A DNA stretch of 64,000 nt from Candidatus Latescibacterota bacterium (lineage in GTDB: Bacteria; Latescibacterota; UBA2968; UBA8231): positions 1,600,001 through 1,664,000 of the forward strand of contig CBDCXV010000010.1 of assembly GCA_965223905.1 (NCBI GenBank), read 5' to 3'. Below, in pieces: positions 58,533-64,000 of this stretch; the first letter of the stretch is position 1, and every line of letters starts with the position of its first letter. The notes under the pieces were generated by a model. It was not told the DNA's origin. It saw nothing but the letters and a program-made list of their open reading frames with translations, and made no database searches. A program made the translations under genes and the position numbers.

Positions 58533-59111
58533 ATGATGCCGAATCAATTGACCGACATCCATTTCCGCCCCCGCAGCTGCCTGGTGAGGTATCCCGGCTT
58601 CAAATGCAATTCGCTCCAGGCCCACCTCGACAACGGGAACAACTCTCTCCTGCCACCGACCGAGGACAGAACGCACAAGCAGATCTGGTTCTGGATTCAT
58701 CCCGAAGCGGTTGCAGGAGACCAGGCGCCGCTGCGGCTGATCGCTCACGAAAACGCTGGCGATTTAGAGAAAGCCGAGCACTTGGTATGCGAAGGCGGCA
58801 CCCTGTGCATTTTTCACACGCACACCTGGCACGCCGCCAGCGACTACATCCGGAAGGATGGCCAGCGTTACATCTGGGGGTTTGCCTTCGGGCACGGCGA
58901 CCATTACTGGGAGGGAGTGCGGCATTACACGGACGTCGGTCACAACAGCGACTTCCGGGAGTTCATCAGCGGCCTCCGGGCAAGGGACCGCGAGCTGTTT
59001 CGTTTCCCTCCTGCCGGACACCCGTACTACACCGTCCAGACCCTCGCAGCCCTGGAACAACAGTACCCGGGCTGGAACGCGCGGAACGAGTACCGTCCCT
59101 GCACTCCCTGA
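58533..59111 (+). pseudogene. PhyH-family dioxygenase, probably 5'-truncated
   Basis: HLDNGNN (HxD), GTLCIF...TWHAAS, FPPAGHPYYT. Confidence 0.6.
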
Positions 59112-59334
59112 CCGGCAAGGAAGGTTGGGACGCCAGTGGCCCGGAACACCTGTTGGGGCACAGCCCCGCCGCCATCGGCAAGCCATCCACAGCATTTGCA
59201 CTTTCGCGGGAGAGATACCACTGCCGAGGGCGGCCGCCCGAACCTGGGCCATTTCCCGAGCGGGATTCCCTGTCCGGGAACGAGAGGACGGCGTTAATTC
59301 CCCCCATCCGCAGCATCGCCAAGGGAGAACACGG

Positions 59335-60157
59335 ATGACGGACGAACAACAGTATCTCTTCGACCTGAACGGCTTTCTGGTAGTTCCGGGAGTGTTGAGC
59401 CCCGAGGAGTGCCGCAGGTTGCGCGAGTTCATCGTGACGCTGAAGAACGATCCGGAATCGCTGCCCGACCACGAGCACTACGCTTCAACCGATCCCGATC
59501 CGACGACCCTCCACCTGGTGACCGGTCCCAGCTCGGAGCTCCTGGACCATCCCGTACTCGTCGACATCCTCGCAGAGCTCGTCGCCGGGGACGAGGCGGA
59601 ACGGGTCCTACACGGGCGACGCCTACCCGTTCCGTTTCGAGAGCACGTGGTACACCATCAAGCCGGCCGGGGAGCACGGCGTGCCCCCGCACGGGGCCCC
59701 GCGGGTCGGACCGCTGTTCGCCTACCTCTGCCGGAATCAGCGCATCTACAGCGGCATGGTACGCGTCGTGTGGGAGCTCAATCCGGTCGGGCCGGAGGAT
59801 GAGGGCACGACGTTCGCGCCCGGTTCGCACAAGGCGAACTTCCCCACTCCCGATCACCTGCTCGAGCATGGGTCGGCGATCATGAAGTCCTACGATTGCC
59901 CGGAGGGATCGCTGGTGATCTTCACCGAAGCCATTACGCACGCCGGGGGCCTGTGGAACAACCCCGACAGGCCGAGAATGGCGATCCTGAACTCCTACTG
60001 CCCCATCACGGCGCAGTTTCACCGTTTCGACATGCCTCACGAGTTGATCGAGAAGCTGCCCCCCAAACGCCGGACGCTCTTCCGTGGCGTGTGGGGCACA
60101 CGGCGCTTTGCACCGACCGTCAACGACTACTACGGCCCGGACAACGTGGCGGTCTGA
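59335..60157 (+). pseudogene. PhyH-family dioxygenase, frameshift near 59610
   Basis: QYLFDLNGFLVV; continues as PHG...VVWEL...PGSHKANF...EAITH in another frame. Confidence 0.75.
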
Positions 60158-60171
60158 TCGGGTTCGCCAGC

Positions 60172-60280
60172 GGTTATGCGCCGCCACTGGCGGAAGGCAA
60201 GCTCCGGATCATTCGCGTGGATGTGACCCAATGCCCGGTCTGCGGGGGCAGGTGAAAACCATTGCCGCACTTACCCGGCC
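60172..60280 (+). mobile_element. Divergent ISCR-like transposase remnant
   Basis: PPLAEGKLRI|...DVTQCPVCGGR.KTIAALT parallels PALAGGRLR and CAACGGRLRIIAALT. Confidence 0.45.
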
Positions 60281-60302
60281 CCTTGGCCATTCGGAGATAC
60301 CC

Positions 60303-61193
60303 ATGGTTTTGACTCAGGAACAGAAAACCCAATTTTTCGAAGACGGTTATATCGTCGTCAAAGAGCTGCTCACCACGGACGAACTCGAGACTCTACACAA
60401 CCACTACGCCGACCTCGCACTCGGTCGCGTCCCCGACTTCCCGGAAGGCAATATCTCTCACTACACTCCGGATGCGGGTCAAGCCGCCGAACCGCCCACA
60501 CCTCACGGGAGTCGACATGACCGGCGCGGCACCCAGGTTTATCCAAAAGGGGAAGTAACCGCGGCCGAGGTGCGCACACCGGTGGAGGACCCGTTGGATA
60601 CGATCAGTCATCTCATCCTGCCTTCGTACTACGATTCGGTTTTCAATGCGTTTGTTCGGAACCCCGGAATTGTCGACATCATCGAATCCCTGATGGGGCC
60701 GGACATCAAGCTCTACTACGACCAGGTCTTTGCGAAGCCGCCTTACGCGAAAGCGAATCGCTATCATCAGGATTCCGTTTTCTGGGCATTCTTTGCGAGC
60801 AACTTCCAGGTCACATGCCAGATCCTGCTCGACGATGCGACTGTCGAGAACGGTTGTGTGCGTTTTATCCCGGGCAGCCACAACTTCGGCCTCGTCAACT
60901 GGGACCACCTTCCCTACATGCTGACAGAGGATGTGCTCGCCCAAGAGGTCGCTGTTCCACTGAAAGCGGGTGATGCGACCATTCACCATAGCCTGGCTCT
61001 CCATTGCAGCGGCCCGAATACAACGCCGTACCGGCGGCGAGGCTGGTCGATTCACTACGTCTCCTCGGACACGCGTTATATCGGTACGCCGGAAGAGACC
61101 GATCAGCTCAAACAGCGCGGTTGCCTTGTCGGACCGGAACCCGTCAACGGGTGGCCCCTGATCCGGGGGCGTGAGTTCCCGGGGTGTGTATAG
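60303..61193 (+). CDS. PhyH-family Fe(II)/2OG dioxygenase
   Basis: QFFEDGY, YHQDS, LDDATVENGC..FIPGSH, ALHCSGPN...RR. Confidence 0.9.
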   Translation: MVLTQEQKTQFFEDGYIVVKELLTTDELETLHNHYADLALGRVPDFPEGNISHYTPDAGQAAEPPTPHGSRHDRRGTQVYPKGEVTAAEVRTPVEDPLDTISHLILPSYYDSVFNAFVRNPGIVDIIESLMGPDIKLYYDQVFAKPPYAKANRYHQDSVFWAFFASNFQVTCQILLDDATVENGCVRFIPGSHNFGLVNWDHLPYMLTEDVLAQEVAVPLKAGDATIHHSLALHCSGPNTTPYRRRGWSIHYVSSDTRYIGTPEETDQLKQRGCLVGPEPVNGWPLIRGREFPGCV

Positions 61194-61225
61194 TCGGACG
61201 GCAGCCGTGCCGAATTGATTGCATC

Positions 61226-64000
61226 ATGCAATGGTTGAACAAAGCAGCAGCCCTGAGCTTGTTCGGTGCTCTGGCCCTTGTCGCTTGTGGCCGCGATTCC
61301 CCGCTAGTTTTCACTGGCAGGGGAGGGGAAGTGGGGGTTGCCATTCCCGATGCCAAGCTGCGGGCGGCGATTGCAGGTGCGCTCGGCAAGGCACGAAACG
61401 CCCTGATCACCGTCGATGAAATGGCGACCTTGACGCGCCTTGACGTACCCAATTCAGGCATTCGCGATTTGACTGGGCTCAAATTCGCAACCAGCCTGAC
61501 GCGGTTACATCTCGGTATAGACGGTATAGACATGGTCGAGGGCAGGTATGTGAACAGCAACGATATATCCGACCTGACGCCTCTGGCCGGGCTGACCAAC
61601 CTGGCAAGGCTAATCCTTACTCGCACCAACGTCTCGGATTTGACACCCCTGGCAGGCCTGACCAGCCTGACAAGGCTGTCTCTTGGAGACAACTCCATCG
61701 CGGATTTGACGCCCCTCGCCGACCTGACCAACCTGACACGGCTATCTCTTGGAGACAACTCCATTTCGGACCTCACCCCCCTCGCCGGACTAACCAGCCT
61801 GACACAGCTATTTCTTTCTAGTACCAGCGTCTCGGATTTGACGCCCCTCGCCGGGCTGACCAACCTGACATGGCTGTCTCTTGGCGATAACTCCCTTGCG
61901 GATTTGACGCCCCTCGCCGGGCTGACCAACCTGACAAGCCTGTCTCTTGGCCACAACTCCATTTCGGACCTCACCCCCCTCGCCGGACTAACCAGCCTGA
62001 CATGGCTGTCCCTTTACACCAACAGCGTCTCCGATTTGACACCCCTTGCCGGGCTGACCAGCCTGACAGGGCTGCGGCTTGACGCAAACTCCATTGCGGA
62101 CCTCACCCCCCTCGCCGGGCTGACCAACCTGATAAGGCTGTCTCTGGACGACAACTCCATTGCGGATCCGATGCCCCTCGCCGGGCTGACCAACCTGACA
62201 GACCTGTCTCTTGGCGACAACTCTATTGCGGATCTGATGCCCCTCGACGGCCTGACCAACCTTACAGAACTTCAGCTCGGGAACAACAGCATCTCGGACC
62301 TCACCCCCCTCGCCGGGTTGACCAACCTGATAAGGCTGTACCTCAACGCGAATTTCATTGCGGACATCGATCCCCTCGCCGGACTGACCAACCTGGCAAC
62401 GCTGTGGCTTGGCGACAACGCAATCTCGGATTTGACGCCTCTGGCCGGGCTGACCAACCTGACCGAACTGCGGCTTGAGAACAACAACATCTCGGATATC
62501 GCGCCATTGGTGGAGAATGCTGGATTGGGCGTTGGGAACTGGATTGATGTGCGGGGCAACCCGCTGAGCGACGCATCGATCACCACGCACATTCCGGCCC
62601 TTCAAGCCAGAGGAGTGATCAGCGATGGCGATGGAGGGGAGACGCCCCTTGCCATTCCCGATGCCAACCTGCACGCGGCCATTGCAAACGAGCTCGGCAA
62701 GGCAAGCAACGACCCGATCACCGCCAGTGAGATGACAGCTTTGAGTCACCTTTTTGCACTCGACTCGGATATTGGCGAGTTGACCGGGCTTGAGTATGCG
62801 ATCAACCTGACAACGCTACAGCTGTATGGCAACCGCGTCTCGGATTTGACCCCTCTCGCAGGGCTGACCAACCTGGCAGAGCTACATCTTCGCCGCAACT
62901 CCATCACGGATCTGACGCCCCTCGGCGGGCTTGCCAACCTGACGACGCTCCTCCTTCTTGGCAACAACGTCTCGGATCTGACACCCCTCGCCGCATTGAC
63001 CAACCTGACCGAACTGGAGCTTTACTTCAATTCAGTCTCGGATCTCACGCCCCTTGCTGGATTGACCAACCTGACCGAACTGGAGCTTGACTTCAATTCA
63101 GTCTCGGATCTGACGCCCCTCGCCGGCCTGGCCAACCTGAAAGAGCTGCATCTTCGCAGCAACTCCATTGCGGCCTTGACACCCCTCGCCGGGCTGACCA
63201 ACCTGACAGCGCTGGAGCTTGAAGACAACGCAATCACGGACCTCTCGCCCCTGGCCGGGCTGACCAACCTGATGACCCTGAAGCTAGGCGGGAACTCCAT
63301 CTCTGAGTTGCCCGCCGGCTTGTTCGCCGGCTTCGCCAACCTCGAAACGCTCTACTTGGCGCCCAACCCAGGTGCTCCGTTCGCGTTCACGCTCGAACTT
63401 GAACGCACGGACACGGCCAACCGGCTGGCACCAGGCCCCGCTGATGTTGCCGTCCAACTAGCAGAGGGAGCACCGTTCGAGATCACCGTAGCGTTGTCAG
63501 TACACAACGGCTCGGCGTCTGTTGCTTCGCTCACGATCGGCGCCGGCGACACCGCAAGCACCCCTGCACAAGTCACGGCGCTCAGCGGCTCGTCAACTGC
63601 GGCTCATGTTGTTTTGGACCATGCACCCCAGATTCCAAGCGGGTTCACGGGCATTGAAGTTCGCACCGGCAGCCCGCTGGTTTTGTTCGCCGAATCCGAC
63701 GACCACTTTCCGGTTGCCGAAGGAGAGATTCCACCTCATATCCTGCAAGTGGGCGGCCCAAAGCCAGCATTCGACGTGAAGGAGTACTTTTCGGACGCCG
63801 ATGGCGATGAACTGGTGTATTCGGTCACGTCCAATGACGGTCATCTGGTTGGCACCAGAGTGAACGCGGGCGTGATAACCTTGGTCCCCCGTGTGGAAGG
63901 TTATGCTTCGGTTGTCGTTACCGCGACCGATCCCAATGGATGGAGCGCATCGCAAGAGCTACCCGTCACGGTACTGCCGGCCCCGGATCCTCATTCGTTC
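61226..64000 (+). CDS. Internalin-like LRR lipoprotein, 3' end outside window
   Basis: Absent from the ORF track because it has no stop in the window. MQWLNKAAALSLFGALALVAC lipobox; IPDxxLR caps; 22-aa repeats N.ISDLTPLAGLTNL..L.L; Ig-like segments to the window end. Confidence 0.88.
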   Translation, partial: MQWLNKAAALSLFGALALVACGRDSPLVFTGRGGEVGVAIPDAKLRAAIAGALGKARNALITVDEMATLTRLDVPNSGIRDLTGLKFATSLTRLHLGIDGIDMVEGRYVNSNDISDLTPLAGLTNLARLILTRTNVSDLTPLAGLTSLTRLSLGDNSIADLTPLADLTNLTRLSLGDNSISDLTPLAGLTSLTQLFLSSTSVSDLTPLAGLTNLTWLSLGDNSLADLTPLAGLTNLTSLSLGHNSISDLTPLAGLTSLTWLSLYTNSVSDLTPLAGLTSLTGLRLDANSIADLTPLAGLTNLIRLSLDDNSIADPMPLAGLTNLTDLSLGDNSIADLMPLDGLTNLTELQLGNNSISDLTPLAGLTNLIRLYLNANFIADIDPLAGLTNLATLWLGDNAISDLTPLAGLTNLTELRLENNNISDIAPLVENAGLGVGNWIDVRGNPLSDASITTHIPALQARGVISDGDGGETPLAIPDANLHAAIANELGKASNDPITASEMTALSHLFALDSDIGELTGLEYAINLTTLQLYGNRVSDLTPLAGLTNLAELHLRRNSITDLTPLGGLANLTTLLLLGNNVSDLTPLAALTNLTELELYFNSVSDLTPLAGLTNLTELELDFNSVSDLTPLAGLANLKELHLRSNSIAALTPLAGLTNLTALELEDNAITDLSPLAGLTNLMTLKLGGNSISELPAGLFAGFANLETLYLAPNPGAPFAFTLELERTDTANRLAPGPADVAVQLAEGAPFEITVALSVHNGSASVASLTIGAGDTASTPAQVTALSGSSTAAHVVLDHAPQIPSGFTGIEVRTGSPLVLFAESDDHFPVAEGEIPPHILQVGGPKPAFDVKEYFSDADGDELVYSVTSNDGHLVGTRVNAGVITLVPRVEGYASVVVTATDPNGWSASQELPVTVLPAPDPHSF
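61571..63360 (+). repeat. 66-bp coding tandem repeats (LRR), two arrays of about 15 and about 8 units
   Basis: Register conserved every 66 bp over 61571-62495 and 62843-63305. Confidence 0.9.

Noticed and set aside
61571-63360. Regular 66-bp periodicity as a CRISPR array
   Set aside because: Units are in-frame LRR codons with no unique spacers, and no cas genes are present

Overview
GC-rich bacterial accessory region. Its gene content (many PhyH dioxygenases, Gfo/Idh/MocA oxidoreductases, a DUF6785-type membrane protein, secreted proteins with FlgD-Ig tails, an internalin-like LRR lipoprotein) suggests a Latescibacterota/Poribacteria-like marine or sponge symbiont; this is inference only. 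The window is a mosaic of intact and truncated genes interrupted by eight co-oriented, 5'-truncated copies of one ISCR/IS91-family rolling-circle element, plus a ninth divergent remnant. Most copies retain the oriIS end (...TTTTACCTATAC). The main finding is an IS110-family element (28652-29943) inserted at the CT of that oriIS. Its left end contains a bridge-RNA-like structure whose guides match both the ISCR oriIS target and the element's own circle junction, and that junction would form a sigma70-like promoter. A second, truncated copy sits at the identical nucleotide in another ISCR copy. This looks like an RNA-guided recombinase programmed against the origin of a rolling-circle transposon. 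Also present are an ISKra4 element, an IS3 element with a 16-17 bp target duplication, an IS481 remnant, attC-like relics, GmrSD and toxin-antitoxin-like genes, a Cre-like recombinase beside a lox-like palindrome, malate synthase, and a GSMT-SDMT-BCCT betaine cluster. All calls are by eye. Some frameshifts and junctions could be assembly artefacts.
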